The translations under genes were made by a program, and so were the position numbers. The notes under the pieces were generated by a model. It worked only from the letters and a program-made list of their open reading frames with translations. It was not told the origin of the DNA and ran no database searches. A DNA stretch of 64,000 nucleotides, from NCBI GenBank assembly GCA_037444405.1, contig JBBIML010000010.1, positions 32,001 to 96,000 of the forward strand, in the 5' to 3' direction. Shown one piece after another: positions 48,658 to 62,274 of this stretch (the stretch's first letter is position 1; each line of letters begins with the position of its first letter). This DNA comes from Armatimonadota bacterium (GTDB lineage Bacteria; Armatimonadota; Fimbriimonadia; Fimbriimonadales; GBS-DC).

Positions 48658-50931
48658 CTATTCGCGCAGGCTCACGGGCAACAGGAAGGAGCGTTCAACG
48701 GGCAGGGCGCACTCGGTGTCGGTGCAGGGCTGATAGACAACCCGCACGCGGATGAAACCCTCCTCCGCTGGCTCGCCCTCACGGAAGCCCACAATCGGAA
48801 CCAGCGCGGCAGCCTGCGTGCGATAGACCATCAACTGCTCCCCACCCACCTGATACGGTTGTGGCGGTATCCAGATGGGTTCACCGAAGATGATGGGCAG
48901 GTCGGTCTGCACCTCCACGCGCGTGGGGGTCAGATCGGCGCGGGTCGGCTGCGCCGCCTGAATGTGCCAGCCCGGCTCAATCTCAAAAACTACCAGCAAC
49001 CCTTCAGACTGGGTCACCAGATGCACGGTGACAGGACCCTGCTGTTCTGACTCAGCGGGCACGGCTTCGATTTTCAGATCAGGCGTCGGCAGCGTATCGC
49101 CCTCCAGCAACAGATAGGCGTACAGCAGGCTGCTGCACACGCTGGGCGCACGCTGGATAAGCTCCCACACCGAGTCGATGGCTTCGCCCGCAAGTTGCGC
49201 GTACCGCTCGCTGCGGGCGGGATCGTCGCCAATCAGCAGGTGGCTCAGGCTCGCCAGCAACTGCGCCGCCGCGCCATTGCCCGATGGCAGCTGCCGATCC
49301 TGCACCGACTTGTACCGCACAATTAGCAGTGTATGCTCGTCGGCGGTCTCAAAGAAGCCGCCCCGCTCGGCATCGTGGAACTTCTCGATGAGCTGGTCAG
49401 CGATTTCGACGGCGCGTTCGAGCCAGCGGTCGTCTTCGGTCGCCTCGAACAGGCTGACCAGCCCCATCCCGTAAAGTGCGTAATCGCTGAGATAGGCGGG
49501 GATCGCCGCCTCACCGTCGCAATAGCGGTGCAGAAGGTTGCCCTGACCATCACGCAGTCGCTGCCAGATGAACTCGGCAGCCTGCTCGGCGAGTGTGCGA
49601 TAGGTGGGGTTCTCCAGCGCGACGGCAGCGTGAGCCAGCGCGCTGATTGCCAGCCCGTTCCAGTCGGTCAGCACCTTGTTGTCGCGGGCGGGCGAGGGGC
49701 GACGGGCACGCACCTCCAGCAGGCGCGTGTGCGCTTCCTGCAGGCGCTCGCGCAGTTCGTCCACACCCATGCCGAGCTGGTTCGCCAGCTCGTTCAGCGA
49801 GTCCCGCCGATGCAAAATATTGCGCCCTGTAGGCTGACCTGTCGCCTCCTCACGGTAGTTGCCGTCGGGCTGGATGTTATACACGGTGCAGACCAGCGCG
49901 GCGGTGTCGGCGTCCAGCGCGTCGTAAATCTCGCTCTGGGTCCAGGTATAGAACGCGCCCTCGCCGTCGGGGCTGTCGGCGTCCAGCGCACTGGCGAACA
50001 CGCCCTCATCGGTGCGCAGCTCGCGAACCATCCACTGCAGGGTGTCGTGCGCGACAGCCGCGTACTCCGCTTCGCCCGTCAGTGTGTAGGCGCGGGTGTA
50101 CGCCCACGCCAGCTGCGCGTTATCATAAAGCATCTTCTCGAAATGGGGCAGTAGCCATCGCTGGTCGACGGCGTAGCGATGGAAGCCGCCGCCGATGTGA
50201 TCATGAATGCCGCCTTCCGCCATCTTATTGAGCGTGTGGAGCGCCATGAGACCTGCTTCCTCGCTCTGCCACGCCTCTGCCATCCACAGCAATACGGGCA
50301 GCGCGGTATTGGGCGGGAACTTGGGCGCGTCGCCAAAGCCCCCATGCTCCGGATCATAGCCCGCGAAGAACCGATTCAGACAGGTGCGGAAGATGGACGG
50401 CTCGCGCTTGCCCCGCAGCTCGCGCCCCTGCAAGCTGAGCACTGTCCGCAGATCGCTGGTCAGCTCCTTCGCAGCCTGCAACACCTGCGCCCGCTGCGTG
50501 CGCCACAGATGGGCGACCTGATTCAACAGATCAGCAAACACAGCAGGCGGGAAATAGGTGCCGCCATAGAACGGCTCGCCATCGGGCGTCAGAAACACCG
50601 ACAACGGCCAGCCCGCTGCGCCCCGAATCAGCTGCACCGCCGTCACATAAATCTCGTCCACATCAGGACGCTCCTCCCGATCCACCTTCACAGGCACGAA
50701 ATGTTCGTTCAGAATCGCCGCTATCGATTCGTTCTCGAACGATTCGCGCTCCATCACATGGCACCAATGGCACGAGGAGTAGCCGATGGAGAGGAACACA
50801 GGCTTATCCTCGGTGCGGGCGCGAAAGAACGCCTCCGCGCCCCACGGGTACCAGTCCACGGGATTGTAAGCGTGCTGCAGCAGATAGGGGCTTTTCTCCC
50901 GTATCAACCGATTCATGCGTCGGATTTGCAT
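48658..50931 (-). CDS. YyaL/SPATA20-type thioredoxin-domain protein with C-terminal DsbD-N-like domain
   Basis: [36 protein letters not shown]...YQPC...C. Confidence 0.88.
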   Translation of the reverse strand: MQIRRMNRLIREKSPYLLQHAYNPVDWYPWGAEAFFRARTEDKPVFLSIGYSSCHWCHVMERESFENESIAAILNEHFVPVKVDREERPDVDEIYVTAVQLIRGAAGWPLSVFLTPDGEPFYGGTYFPPAVFADLLNQVAHLWRTQRAQVLQAAKELTSDLRTVLSLQGRELRGKREPSIFRTCLNRFFAGYDPEHGGFGDAPKFPPNTALPVLLWMAEAWQSEEAGLMALHTLNKMAEGGIHDHIGGGFHRYAVDQRWLLPHFEKMLYDNAQLAWAYTRAYTLTGEAEYAAVAHDTLQWMVRELRTDEGVFASALDADSPDGEGAFYTWTQSEIYDALDADTAALVCTVYNIQPDGNYREEATGQPTGRNILHRRDSLNELANQLGMGVDELRERLQEAHTRLLEVRARRPSPARDNKVLTDWNGLAISALAHAAVALENPTYRTLAEQAAEFIWQRLRDGQGNLLHRYCDGEAAIPAYLSDYALYGMGLVSLFEATEDDRWLERAVEIADQLIEKFHDAERGGFFETADEHTLLIVRYKSVQDRQLPSGNGAAAQLLASLSHLLIGDDPARSERYAQLAGEAIDSVWELIQRAPSVCSSLLYAYLLLEGDTLPTPDLKIEAVPAESEQQGPVTVHLVTQSEGLLVVFEIEPGWHIQAAQPTRADLTPTRVEVQTDLPIIFGEPIWIPPQPYQVGGEQLMVYRTQAAALVPIVGFREGEPAEEGFIRVRVVYQPCTDTECALPVERSFLLPVSLRE

Positions 50932-51007
50932 GCGCGTATCTCCTGTACGGTTAGAGTGTACCCGACAGGCTCCACTTCCATCGCAATAAGGGGTTCTGTG
51001 TTGTACC

Positions 51008-51964
51008 CTAAGCAGAGTGCATGCTCCGCCAGAGTTCGAGCAGGCGGGGATAGGGGTTTTCCTGACCCTGCGCGATGCGGGTGAGGGTCTCGCGATCGAA
51101 CAGCTGCTGGGTGAGGGCGCGAGCGCGCGCCTCAAGCGTCTCATGCACCAGCGATTGCATCTCCCACTCCAACTGCTGCTGGCGGCGCTGCTCCCAGCCG
51201 CCCGCGCGACGCTGATGGTTCCAGTGTTCCTGAATGAACTGCACCAGCTCGTCGATGCCCCTGCCGTGCAGGGCTTCCGTGAGCAGAATCGGCGGGTTCC
51301 AGCTTTTCGGCTTCTCGCCCAGTTCCAGCGCGGCGCGCAGCTCCAGTCGCATGCGGGTCGCGCCCTCGCGGTCGGCTTTATTCACCACATAGATGTCGGC
51401 AATTTCAATAATGCCCGCCTTCATCGCCTGGATGACATCGCCTGCTTCGGGCACGAGCGTCAGCACCACCGTGTCGGCAACGAAACGCACATCGACCTGC
51501 AGCTGCCCCGCGCCCACCGTCTCAATCAGGATCAGGTTGAACCCGGCGGCTTCCAGCACGCGCACGGCAGGGGGCACGCCGCGCGAGAGACCGCCGAGAC
51601 TGCCCCGACTGGCAAGACTGCGGATATAGGTGCCCGCCAGATTATCTTCCATGCGGATGCGGTCGCCCAGAATCGCGCCGCCGCTGAAGGGGCTGGTGGG
51701 ATCCACCGCCAGCACCGCCACCCGATACCCCTGCTGGCGAAAGCGGGGAATGAGCTGGAAAGTGAGCGTGCTTTTGCCTGCGCCAGGTGCGCCCGTGATG
51801 CCCACCTTGATGGCATGCCCCGTGTGGGGGAACAGCTTCTCCAGCAGGGCGAGCCGCTGGAGGCTGGGATCCTCCACCAGGCTGATGGCGCGGGCAATCG
51901 CGCGGGTCTCGCCCTTCAGCACGCCCGCCACCAGCGCATCGATATCGAGCGACGCCTTCACCAT
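51008..51964 (-). CDS. meaB: methylmalonyl-CoA mutase-associated GTPase
   Basis: [37 protein letters not shown]. Confidence 0.92.
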   Translation of the reverse strand: MVKASLDIDALVAGVLKGETRAIARAISLVEDPSLQRLALLEKLFPHTGHAIKVGITGAPGAGKSTLTFQLIPRFRQQGYRVAVLAVDPTSPFSGGAILGDRIRMEDNLAGTYIRSLASRGSLGGLSRGVPPAVRVLEAAGFNLILIETVGAGQLQVDVRFVADTVVLTLVPEAGDVIQAMKAGIIEIADIYVVNKADREGATRMRLELRAALELGEKPKSWNPPILLTEALHGRGIDELVQFIQEHWNHQRRAGGWEQRRQQQLEWEMQSLVHETLEARARALTQQLFDRETLTRIAQGQENPYPRLLELWRSMHSA

Positions 51965-51989
51965 AACAAGGAGTATACTCGCTCCCCGC

Positions 51990-52051
51990 CTGTGGAGTGC
52001 GGAAGCGCAGCTTCCACTGCCCCAGCTGTGGAGTGCGGAAGCGCAGCTTCC
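51990..52051 (+). repeat. two 26-bp REP-like direct repeats with internal hairpin
   Basis: ctgtggagtgcggaagcgcagcttcc at 51990-52015 and 52026-52051. Confidence 0.85.
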
Positions 52052-52100
52052 GCAGCCCTCCCAGCAGGAGAGCGCGAGCGTCAGGCGAACCAGAGAGGGG

Positions 52101-53801
52101 ATGAGCCGACCGCTGGGCTACTGGGCGCTGGTGCTGCACTCGCACATCCCCTATGTGCTGACGCATGGCAGGTCGCCTCACGGCACTGACTGGCTGGTGG
52201 AGGCGGCTGCCGAATGCTATCTGCCGCTGTGGGAGCAGACCCATCGCCTGCTTCAGCAGGGCATTCCCGCGCGCTACACCATCAGTTTCACGCCCATCCT
52301 GCAGGAACAGCTCGCCAGCCCCGCGTTCCGAACCGAGATGGCAAGCTACCTGCAGTTCAAGCAGGAGGCATCCCGCACCGATATGCAGGCGTTCCGTCAG
52401 CAGGGTATCCGCTGGCAGGCGGGGCTGGCATACTTCTGGCAGAGGTTCTATGAGCGCCAGCAGGCGCTGCTCAACGAGCTGAATGGCGATTTGCTGTCAG
52501 GCTTTCGGCAGTTGCAGGACCTGGAGGCGATCGAGGTCATCACCAGCGCGGCGACGCACGGCTACCTGCCGCTGATCGGTACCGACGAGTGCGTACGGGC
52601 GCAGGTGCTGTTAGGCGTGCAGACCTATGAGCGCTATTTTGGGCGTGCGCCGCGCGGCTTCTGGCTGCCCGAATGCGCCTATCGCCCCGCCTATCGCTGG
52701 GCGCCGCCTGTCGCCCGCGAGCTGATCCCGCCCCGTGAGCGTGCGGGCATCGAACAGTTTTTGAGCGAGGCGGGCGTGCAATACTTCTTTGTCGACACGC
52801 ACATGCTGCGCGGAGGCGAACCACTGGGCACCTATCTCGCACGGTTCCCCGCGCTGGCGCAGCTGTTCAAGCAGGCGCAGCGCGCCTATCAGGGCGAGCG
52901 AGCCGAGCGCAGCCCCTATCGCGCCTACCGGGTGCCCGCCCCCACGCCGCTCGCCGTGTTCGCCCGCGACCCGCAAACCACCCTGCAGGTCTGGAGTGGT
53001 GAACACGGCTACCCCGGCGACGCCCGCTACCTGGAGTTCCATAAGCAGCACTATCCCGGTCGCCTGCGCTACTGGCGCGTGAGCGAGAACAGGGCTGACC
53101 TCGCCAGCAAGCAGCCGTATGAGCCGTACGCGGCGTTCGAGGCGGTGCAGGCGCACGCCGACCATTTCGTCGGGCTGCTCAAGCAGGTGCTGGGCGACCA
53201 TCGCGCCCAAACAGGCGAGCCGGGCGTGCTGGTCTCGATGTACGACACTGAGCTGTTCGGGCACTGGTGGTTCGAAGGACCCGAATGGCTCGCGGCGGTC
53301 ATCCAGCGCATCGCGGGCGACCCCGATATCGAGATGCTCACCGGCTCAGAGGCGCTGGAACGCCTGCCGCCCGATGAAACGGTGCTGTTGCCCGAAGGCT
53401 CGTGGGGCGAGGGTGGGTTCCACTTCATCTGGCTGAACGAGCAGAACGCATGGGTGTGGGAGCAGCTCTATCGCGCCGAAGTGCGCTTCCTGCAACTTTT
53501 AGAGGCATACGGCGGCTCGACGCAACTTCAGCCCTATCTCCAGCAGCTGGCGCGGGAACTCTTGCTGATGCAGGCATCTGACTGGACTTTTCTGATCACC
53601 ACAGGCGCCGCGCGCGACTACGCCGAACAACGCTTCCACGACCACCAGCAACGCTTCGAGGCGATTGCGACGCTGATTGAGCAGCAGGCAGCGGGCAAGG
53701 AGCCTGACGCGCACCTGCTCGCGCTCTATAACGACAGTCGCCAGCGCGAACCCATCTTTAACCCGCTACCCCTTGACTTTTTTGTCATGGAGCGGGTATG
53801 A
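52101..53801 (+). CDS. GH57 1,4-alpha-glucan branching enzyme (DUF1957)
   Basis: HSHIPYV, ATHGYLPL, WLPECAY, YDTELFGHWWFEG, QASDW.F. Confidence 0.92.
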   Translation: MSRPLGYWALVLHSHIPYVLTHGRSPHGTDWLVEAAAECYLPLWEQTHRLLQQGIPARYTISFTPILQEQLASPAFRTEMASYLQFKQEASRTDMQAFRQQGIRWQAGLAYFWQRFYERQQALLNELNGDLLSGFRQLQDLEAIEVITSAATHGYLPLIGTDECVRAQVLLGVQTYERYFGRAPRGFWLPECAYRPAYRWAPPVARELIPPRERAGIEQFLSEAGVQYFFVDTHMLRGGEPLGTYLARFPALAQLFKQAQRAYQGERAERSPYRAYRVPAPTPLAVFARDPQTTLQVWSGEHGYPGDARYLEFHKQHYPGRLRYWRVSENRADLASKQPYEPYAAFEAVQAHADHFVGLLKQVLGDHRAQTGEPGVLVSMYDTELFGHWWFEGPEWLAAVIQRIAGDPDIEMLTGSEALERLPPDETVLLPEGSWGEGGFHFIWLNEQNAWVWEQLYRAEVRFLQLLEAYGGSTQLQPYLQQLARELLLMQASDWTFLITTGAARDYAEQRFHDHQQRFEAIATLIEQQAAGKEPDAHLLALYNDSRQREPIFNPLPLDFFVMERV

Positions 53802-53940
53802 TACAGGGTGTCGCAAGGGAGTGCGACCTTCAGCAGGAGGGCACCACTGGCAACCTCCCTGAAGCATCGGGACACGGAGGTCCCTTTCCTTTTTCGCGGC
53901 GGACCTGGGCGAGACGCTCGGGCTACGGTTGTTCTGACTT

Positions 53941-54606
53941 TCAGCCGATCACAATCACGAACTCGCCGCGCGGGGGATGCTTCTGCCAGTGGTCGATCGC
54001 CTCACTGAGCGTGCCGTGAAAAATTTCCTCGAACTGCTTGGTCATCTCGCGGCAGATGGTCACCCGACGGTCGCCCAGCACCTCGAACGCGCTCTGCAGG
54101 GTCTTCAGCAGTCGATGCGGCGATTCGAACAGCACAACAGGCGCCTCTTCCTCTTTGAGCGATTCGAAGAATCGCTGGCGGGCGCCCGCTTTGCGGGGTG
54201 GAAAGCCCTCGAATCGGAACCGCTGGGCGGGGAAACCCGCCGCGGAGAGCGCCGCCGTCACCGCGCTGGCGCCTGGCACGGGCACGACAGGGATGCCCGC
54301 CTCATGGGCTGCCTGCACCAGCGCCGCGCCCGGATCGGAGATTGCGGGCGTGCCCGCATCCGTCACCAGCGCCACATCCTCGCCCGCCTTTAGCCGCTGA
54401 ATAATCTCGCGCAGGCGAGCCGGCGGCGAATGCTCATGGAAGCTGATCAGAGGCGTTTCAATCTCGTAGCGGGCGAGCAGCTTCTTCGTGTGGCGGGTGT
54501 CCTCCGCCGCGATCAGCGCGACCGCTTTCAGCACGCGCAACGCCCGCAGCGTGATGTCCTCCAGATTGCCAATCGGCGTGGCGACCACATAGAGCTTGCC
54601 CGACAT
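53941..54606 (-). CDS. rsmI: 16S rRNA C1402 2'-O-methyltransferase
   Basis: VATPIGNLEDIT.RA, EDTR, DAGTP.ISDPG, FESPHR. Confidence 0.95.
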   Translation of the reverse strand: MSGKLYVVATPIGNLEDITLRALRVLKAVALIAAEDTRHTKKLLARYEIETPLISFHEHSPPARLREIIQRLKAGEDVALVTDAGTPAISDPGAALVQAAHEAGIPVVPVPGASAVTAALSAAGFPAQRFRFEGFPPRKAGARQRFFESLKEEEAPVVLFESPHRLLKTLQSAFEVLGDRRVTICREMTKQFEEIFHGTLSEAIDHWQKHPPRGEFVIVIG

Positions 54607-54630
54607 GGCGATTCATAAAGAGAGGCGGCT

Positions 54631-54784
54631 GCTCCGTTGCAAGGATACCCGATCGGGCTTTCTGGCACGATTGGTTCCCCCGATTGGGGGCGCGGGGACC
54701 GAGCCCGCACAGGTGTGTGGCAGGGGATAGGGGCGCGGTCCCTGCGCCCTGTTTCCCGAACGCGTTCGCTCTTTGCAACAGAGC
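54631..54784. mobile_element. MITE-like element with imperfect terminal inverted repeats
   Basis: gctccgttgcaagg ... ctttgcaacagagc (12/14) enclosing GC palindromes. Confidence 0.45.
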
Positions 54785-54786
54785 GG

Positions 54787-55575
54787 TCATTCTTGCCTGG
54801 TGCCGATCGGTGCAAATCCGCGCAGCAGGGCACGGTTCGCGGTCGCCTGCATCAGCAGCAGGAGCAGTTTGCCCTCGTCTTTCGGGTCGCCCATGCGCAC
54901 GATAAGGGATTGCTCTTTGCGCGGTGTGCCGATGCTTTCAAGGCGCATCGACCAGCGCGGGTAGGGTCGCCCACTGCGCAGCTCCAGCCACGCGATTCGG
55001 TTCGGCGCCACCCCATACACGCGCACAGACTGCTTCTTATCGCTCCGCAGCAGGCACACGAACCGATAGCCCGCGCTGTAGAACGCACTCCACGCCCGCG
55101 CCAGACGCGGAATCGCCATCACCGCGCTCTGCACCCTGCCACCAAACAGGTCATCCGGCGTGAACAGCAGGGTGTCCTCCAGCTGGAGCTTATCCGGGAT
55201 GTAGTAGACGGGCGACTGCTCTTCATGGTCAAAGCCCAGAATGCGCGTGAGACCCTCGTCGTCCACCAGGCGTCCGATGGGCACGGTGCGCGTCGGGATG
55301 ATAGAAGTCAGCGCCTTCTCGCCCCATTCGAAGCCTCTGCCGTCGGTGTAGATAAGCGGCTTGCCGCCGGGCGGGTTGGACAGGCAGAAAATCTCGCGCT
55401 GAAGCCGGCACGGCTCGGTGCGCACCTCCTGAAACGCGCCTGAACGCCACTGATGGAAGCGAATGCGCTGCTCGTCCAGCGTGACCAGCAGGGTCGGCTG
55501 ACGCGGCAGCGCCAGCACATCGAAGCTGAGCGTGGTGGCGGGCAACGCCTCTTGCCAGACCTGAGTGAGTTGCAT
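54787..55575 (-). CDS. hypothetical protein
   Basis: 262-aa ORF co-oriented between acyl-CoA ligase and rsmI. Confidence 0.6.
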   Translation of the reverse strand: MQLTQVWQEALPATTLSFDVLALPRQPTLLVTLDEQRIRFHQWRSGAFQEVRTEPCRLQREIFCLSNPPGGKPLIYTDGRGFEWGEKALTSIIPTRTVPIGRLVDDEGLTRILGFDHEEQSPVYYIPDKLQLEDTLLFTPDDLFGGRVQSAVMAIPRLARAWSAFYSAGYRFVCLLRSDKKQSVRVYGVAPNRIAWLELRSGRPYPRWSMRLESIGTPRKEQSLIVRMGDPKDEGKLLLLLMQATANRALLRGFAPIGTRQE

Positions 55576-55584
55576 GTCGAGATT

Positions 55585-57357
55585 CTACCGCGCCATCTCC
55601 TGAATCAGCGCTGCATATTTCTGGGCGACCACACGCCGTTTGACCTTCAGGGTGGGGGTCAGCTCGCCGCTTTCGATGGTGAAGGGGTTGGGCAGCAGCC
55701 GGAACGCCTTCACCCTCTCGAAGTCCGCCAGCTCGCGGTTGACCTTCTCGATCTCCTGCCGATAGAGCCGCAGAACCATGTCATGCTCCAGCAGGCTGCG
55801 GATATCAGTGGCGTCCAGTTCCTGCTGATGGGCGTACTCCTTGAGGTGCTCCATATCAGGCACAATCAGCGCGACGGGCGCGCTCATGCCGTCGCCGAAC
55901 ACGACCACCTCCTGAATGTAGGGGCTGGCACGCAGCAGATTCTCGATGCGCTGGGGCGCCACATTCTTGCCGTTCGCCAGCACAAGGATGTCTTTCTTGC
56001 GGTCGGTGATGTAGAGGTAGCCCTGCGCATCAAGATAGCCGATATCGCCTGTGTGGAACCAGCCGTCGGGGTCGATCACGGCAGCGGTCGCTTCCGGCTT
56101 TTTGTAGTAGCCCTTCATGATGTTCGGACCGCGCGCCAGAATCTCGCCGTCTTCGGCGATGCGAATCTCCACGCCGGGGATGGGCTTGCCCACACTGCCG
56201 AATCGGGGTGCATGAGGCGGGTTCACGGTCAGCACGGGGCTGGTCTCGGTCAGTCCATAGCCTTCCAAAATGAGGATGCCGAAGGCGTGGAAGAATTCAG
56301 CGATCTCTCTGGGCAGTGCGGCGCCGCCCGAGATGAACAGACGCAGGCGTCCGCCCGTGCGCGCCCGAATCTTCTCGCCCACCAGCCGATCCAGAACGGC
56401 ATGCAGCAGGCGGGTGGGGAAGGGGCACGGTCGCCCCTCGCGCCAGCAGCGGGAGACCACCTTGCCCACTGAATGCGCCTGCCAGAACAGCCGCTGTTTC
56501 AGGGGCGTCTGCTCCCGAACAGAGTTGAGAATGCGGTCGCGCACCGATTCAAAGAAGCGCGGCACGCCCAGCATCAGTGTGGGGCGCACTTGCAGCATAT
56601 CGGCAGCCAGCGTGAACAGGCTCTCGGCATAGGCAATCGTCAGCCCCGCATAGATGGGCAGAAAGTGCCCGCAACACCGCTCGAACACATGGCTCAACGG
56701 CAAAAATGAGAGCAGAATATCGTTCTGGTTCCACTCGATGACCTCCAGGCACGCCTCAATATTGGAGATGAAGTTGCGATGGGTCAGCATCGCGCCTTTC
56801 GGCTCGCCGGTGGTGCCCGAAGTGTAGATAAGGGTTGCCACCTCGTCGGGTTCGATGCTGCAGGCGATGCGTTGAAACTGCGATTCGGTCAGCTCGCCGG
56901 GCAGCTGGAGCAGTTCCTCGAAGGTGGTGGCAGTGCCTGTTTCATCGGGCTGGATGCTGATGAGCTTGAGCGTCAGCCCCGTCTCTTCGAGCGCCTCGCG
57001 CGCTTTGCGCAGCTGGCGTTTATCGCTGACCAGCATCGCGACAGGTTCGGCATCGCGCAGGATATCAGCCACCTGCTGGGCGGTCAGTGTGGGGTAGATG
57101 GGCACGGTGAGCGCGCCTAAACACAGGTTCGCCCAGTCGGTGATTGCCCATTCGGGTCCATTTTCGGCGAGGATCGCCACGCGGTCGCCCGCGCGCACCT
57201 CCAGCGCGTGCAAGCCACGCGCGCAGGCGAACACGCGCCGATAGAGTTCCCGATAGGTAATGGGGTGATATTCGCGGTCGCGCTTGACCAGCAGGGCAGG
57301 TTTCTCGGCGTGCTGCTCCACACTGCGCAGAAACGCCTTCGGCAGGGTGTCCACCAT
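55585..57357 (-). CDS. long-chain fatty acid--CoA ligase
   Basis: YTSGTTGEPKG, LPLSH, EGYGLTE, TGDIG. Confidence 0.92.
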   Translation of the reverse strand: MVDTLPKAFLRSVEQHAEKPALLVKRDREYHPITYRELYRRVFACARGLHALEVRAGDRVAILAENGPEWAITDWANLCLGALTVPIYPTLTAQQVADILRDAEPVAMLVSDKRQLRKAREALEETGLTLKLISIQPDETGTATTFEELLQLPGELTESQFQRIACSIEPDEVATLIYTSGTTGEPKGAMLTHRNFISNIEACLEVIEWNQNDILLSFLPLSHVFERCCGHFLPIYAGLTIAYAESLFTLAADMLQVRPTLMLGVPRFFESVRDRILNSVREQTPLKQRLFWQAHSVGKVVSRCWREGRPCPFPTRLLHAVLDRLVGEKIRARTGGRLRLFISGGAALPREIAEFFHAFGILILEGYGLTETSPVLTVNPPHAPRFGSVGKPIPGVEIRIAEDGEILARGPNIMKGYYKKPEATAAVIDPDGWFHTGDIGYLDAQGYLYITDRKKDILVLANGKNVAPQRIENLLRASPYIQEVVVFGDGMSAPVALIVPDMEHLKEYAHQQELDATDIRSLLEHDMVLRLYRQEIEKVNRELADFERVKAFRLLPNPFTIESGELTPTLKVKRRVVAQKYAALIQEMAR

Positions 57358-57524
57358 TATCGATCGCACCTCCAGTTGCTATTTCTGTGCGCAATCGCAT
57401 TCTCCTGCCTGAATCCGCCCGATAAAACCGCGCTGGCGCAACAGCCAGTCGGGTCAGATGTTTTGCAAGGGCGAGGCGGCTCGTCCTTCCATCCTGTGAT
57501 GCCCCACCCATCGGGTATACTTCT

Positions 57525-57690
57525 GGGGCGCGTGGTGGACTGCCGCGCGACATCGTACCGTGCCCGACGCGCTGGGGTGCCCTGCGCGGGCGTCAGGCGC
57601 CGCAGGCAGGAGCGGGATGCTCCTGATCTACAAAGGGTGGAAAGCGCGGATGACGGCACGGGTGGAAACTAACCCAGAGGAGGTCGTGGA
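57525..57690 (+). ncRNA. rpsB 5' leader (S2 autoregulatory / t44-like)
   Basis: stem ccgtgcc/ggcacgg, internal GGGGTGCC, downstream ACTAACCC before RBS; -10 TATACT near 57516. Confidence 0.6.
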
Positions 57691-57695
57691 AACCG

Positions 57696-58603
57696 ATGGC
57701 AACCCTAACAATGCGGGAACTTCTGGAAGCAGGGGTTCACTTCGGGCATCAGACCCGCAAGTGGCACCCCAACATGAAGCGCTTCATCTACGGCGCACGC
57801 AGCGGAATCTACATCATCGACCTGCACAAGACGGTCGAGATGTTCAATCAAGCGCAGCAGGCGATCAAGCAGATCGTGAACGAGGGCGGGCATGTGCTGT
57901 TCGTGGGCACGAAGAAGCAGGCGCGCGATGCCATCAAGGAAGCCGCCCTGCGCTGCCGCCAGTACTATGTCAACTACCGCTGGCTGGGCGGCATGCTCAC
58001 CAACTACCGCACCATCCAACAGCGCGTCCGCCGCCTGAAAGAGCTGGAACGCATGATCCAGGAAGGCGAGCTGGAGCGCATCCCCAAAAAGGAAGCCGCC
58101 AAACTGCGCAAAGAGTACGAAAAGCTGGAGCGCAACCTCGAGGGCATCAAAGATATGCCCGGACTGCCCGCCGCGCTCTTTATCGTCGACCTCAAAGAGG
58201 AGCATACCGCCGTTGCCGAAGCCAATCGGCTGGGTATCACCACCGTCGCGATTGTCGACACCAACTGCGACCCCGACGAGGTGGACTACCCCATCCCGGG
58301 CAACGACGACGCCATTCGGGCGATTCGGCTGATTGCCGGACGCATCGCCGATGCCATCATCGAGGAGAAGCAGCTCGAATGGCAGGGCGCCGAAGTGCTG
58401 CCCACCGAAATCCCCGAAGTGCAGGAAGAGGCACCGCTCTCGCCGGAACAGGTCGCCGAGTACGGCAAAATGTTCGGCGAAGAGATTGAGGTTGCTACCA
58501 CCGCATCAGAACCCGCGCCATCCCCCTCCGACGAGGAGATTATGGGCAAAGAGTGGGAGCTGATGCGCCGACACCGACTGGAAGAACTGGAGGAGGACTA
58601 CTG

Positions 58604-58604
<1 letters not shown>
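57696..58604 (+). CDS. rpsB: 30S ribosomal protein S2 with acidic C-terminal tail
   Basis: [34 protein letters not shown]. Confidence 0.97.
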
Positions 58605-60902
<2,298 letters not shown>

Positions 60903-60903
<1 letters not shown>

Positions 60904-61310
60904 TGCGGGAGTTCCTGCTCTCGATAGTGAGTCCGGAGCGTGTGGTGCTGGAGGAGCGGGTGGTGCATGTGCGCCTGCCTGGCAGTGAAGGGCACTTTGG
61001 CGTGCTGGGCGGGCATGCGCCGATGGTGGCGGAGCTGACCTACGGCATCGGCGAGTATCGCCGCGCGGATGGCGTCACACGCCGTTTCACCGTGCTGGGC
61101 GGCTTCGCGGAGGTGCTGCCCGACCGCACGATTGTGCTGGCGGACGCCGCCGAGTTAGCCGAGGAGATCGATCCCGACCGCGCACGGGTGGCGCTGCGCC
61201 GTGCGACGGAAATCCTCCAGCAGCCGCTTTCGGAAGAGGAGTTGGCTGAAGCTCGCCTCGCCCTCGAACGCGCCAAAACGCGCCTGCGTGCGCTCGGCGA
61301 ACCGGTGTGA
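60903..61310 (+). CDS. atpC: F1 ATP synthase epsilon subunit
   Basis: IVSPE, G.FGVL.GHAP, GGFAEV, LADAAE. Confidence 0.92.
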
Positions 61311-61315
61311 AAAAA

Positions 61316-61365
61316 CAGGAACCCTCTCCCTGTTTTTCACAGGGAGAGGGTACGGGTGAGGGGGT
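61316..61365 (-). repeat. palindromic repeat copy 3, overlapping kinase gene 3' end
   Basis: revcomp accccctcacccgtaccctctccctgtgaaaaacagggagagggttcctg. Confidence 0.8.
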
Positions 61366-62263
61366 ATCGCTGAAATTGTCGCCACACGAGCCTGGCGACG
61401 GCAACAGCGGGGCGCATCACGGGCGGGCGCAACCGCGCGTTCGGGAACGCCGCCCGAAAGCATTCCTCAAAGCGCTGTCGGAAAGGCGTCCGCCCGCGAA
61501 ACATGCCGCCTGTGATGGCTACCCGCAACGGCTCATCGGGCGCGAACAGCCCCCGCGCACAGGCAATCGCGTCGTGCGCCAGCACCGCCGCCGCATGCTC
61601 CAGAATCGCCCTCGCGCGTTCATCACCGCGTCGGGCGAGCCGTACCACCTGCGGCGCGAAGCCCGCCAGCTGATGACGCGGCACGCCCTGCTGATAAAAA
61701 AGCGGGACTAACTCGTCGAGGCAGCGCACCCTGAAATAGCGCTGCACTGCCTGCACCAGTTGCGTGTCGGGGTCGCGTCTATCCCACGCGCGCACGGCTG
61801 CCCGCACCGCCTGCAGCGCCACATCGTACGCGCTGCCCTCATCGCCCAGCAGCGCGCCCCAGCCCCCCACCGTGCGCACAAGCGAATCGTCCATAAACGC
61901 GGCAATCAGCGAACCTGTGCCCGCAATCACCGTCAGACCGTGCGCATAGAGTTGCCCCGTGCTGGCAAACGCCATGCGCGCCTCCTCGATGGCAATTGCG
62001 TGGGGGTCGCCCAGCCGCTGCAGCAGCCAGTCCCAGTTCGCCCGCGAGCCAGCCACCGTGTAGCCCAGCACCCGCACGGGTTCGCTGATGCCGCGCAGTG
62101 CGCCCTCTAATGCCGTCTCGAACGATTCGCGCTGAACCGCCTCGCTGACAAAGTTCAGATTGGCAGGTCCGCCCTCCGCATAGGCAAGCAACCTGCCATT
62201 CTCATCCAGCACGGCACAGCCTGTCTTGGTACCACCACCTTCTAAACCAACGATGATCCCCAT
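61337..62263 (-). CDS. BadF/BadG/BcrA/BcrD ATPase family (GlcNAc kinase-like)
   Basis: GLEGGGTKT, IAGTGS, GGWG.LLGDEGSA. Confidence 0.88.
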   Translation of the reverse strand: MGIIVGLEGGGTKTGCAVLDENGRLLAYAEGGPANLNFVSEAVQRESFETALEGALRGISEPVRVLGYTVAGSRANWDWLLQRLGDPHAIAIEEARMAFASTGQLYAHGLTVIAGTGSLIAAFMDDSLVRTVGGWGALLGDEGSAYDVALQAVRAAVRAWDRRDPDTQLVQAVQRYFRVRCLDELVPLFYQQGVPRHQLAGFAPQVVRLARRGDERARAILEHAAAVLAHDAIACARGLFAPDEPLRVAITGGMFRGRTPFRQRFEECFRAAFPNARLRPPVMRPAVAVARLVWRQFQRYPLTRTLSL

Positions 62264-62274
62264 AAGTTTAAACT

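Noticed and set aside
51990..52051. Possible CRISPR mini-array
   Set aside because: Only two repeats, a 10-bp spacer and no cas genes
51630..52100. N-terminal extensions in the ORF track (GH57, pckA, GHL10, troA, YyaL and others)
   Set aside because: They overlap opposite-strand genes or promoters; downstream starts fit RBS or -10 signals
54662..54678. CTGGCACG as a second sigma54 site
   Set aside because: No GC at the -12 position
61307..61711. ORF after atpC
   Set aside because: Starts within a palindromic repeat and is antisense to the kinase gene
62266..62273. GTTTAAAC as the target of the adjacent nuclease
   Set aside because: Single occurrence; family resemblance does not define specificity
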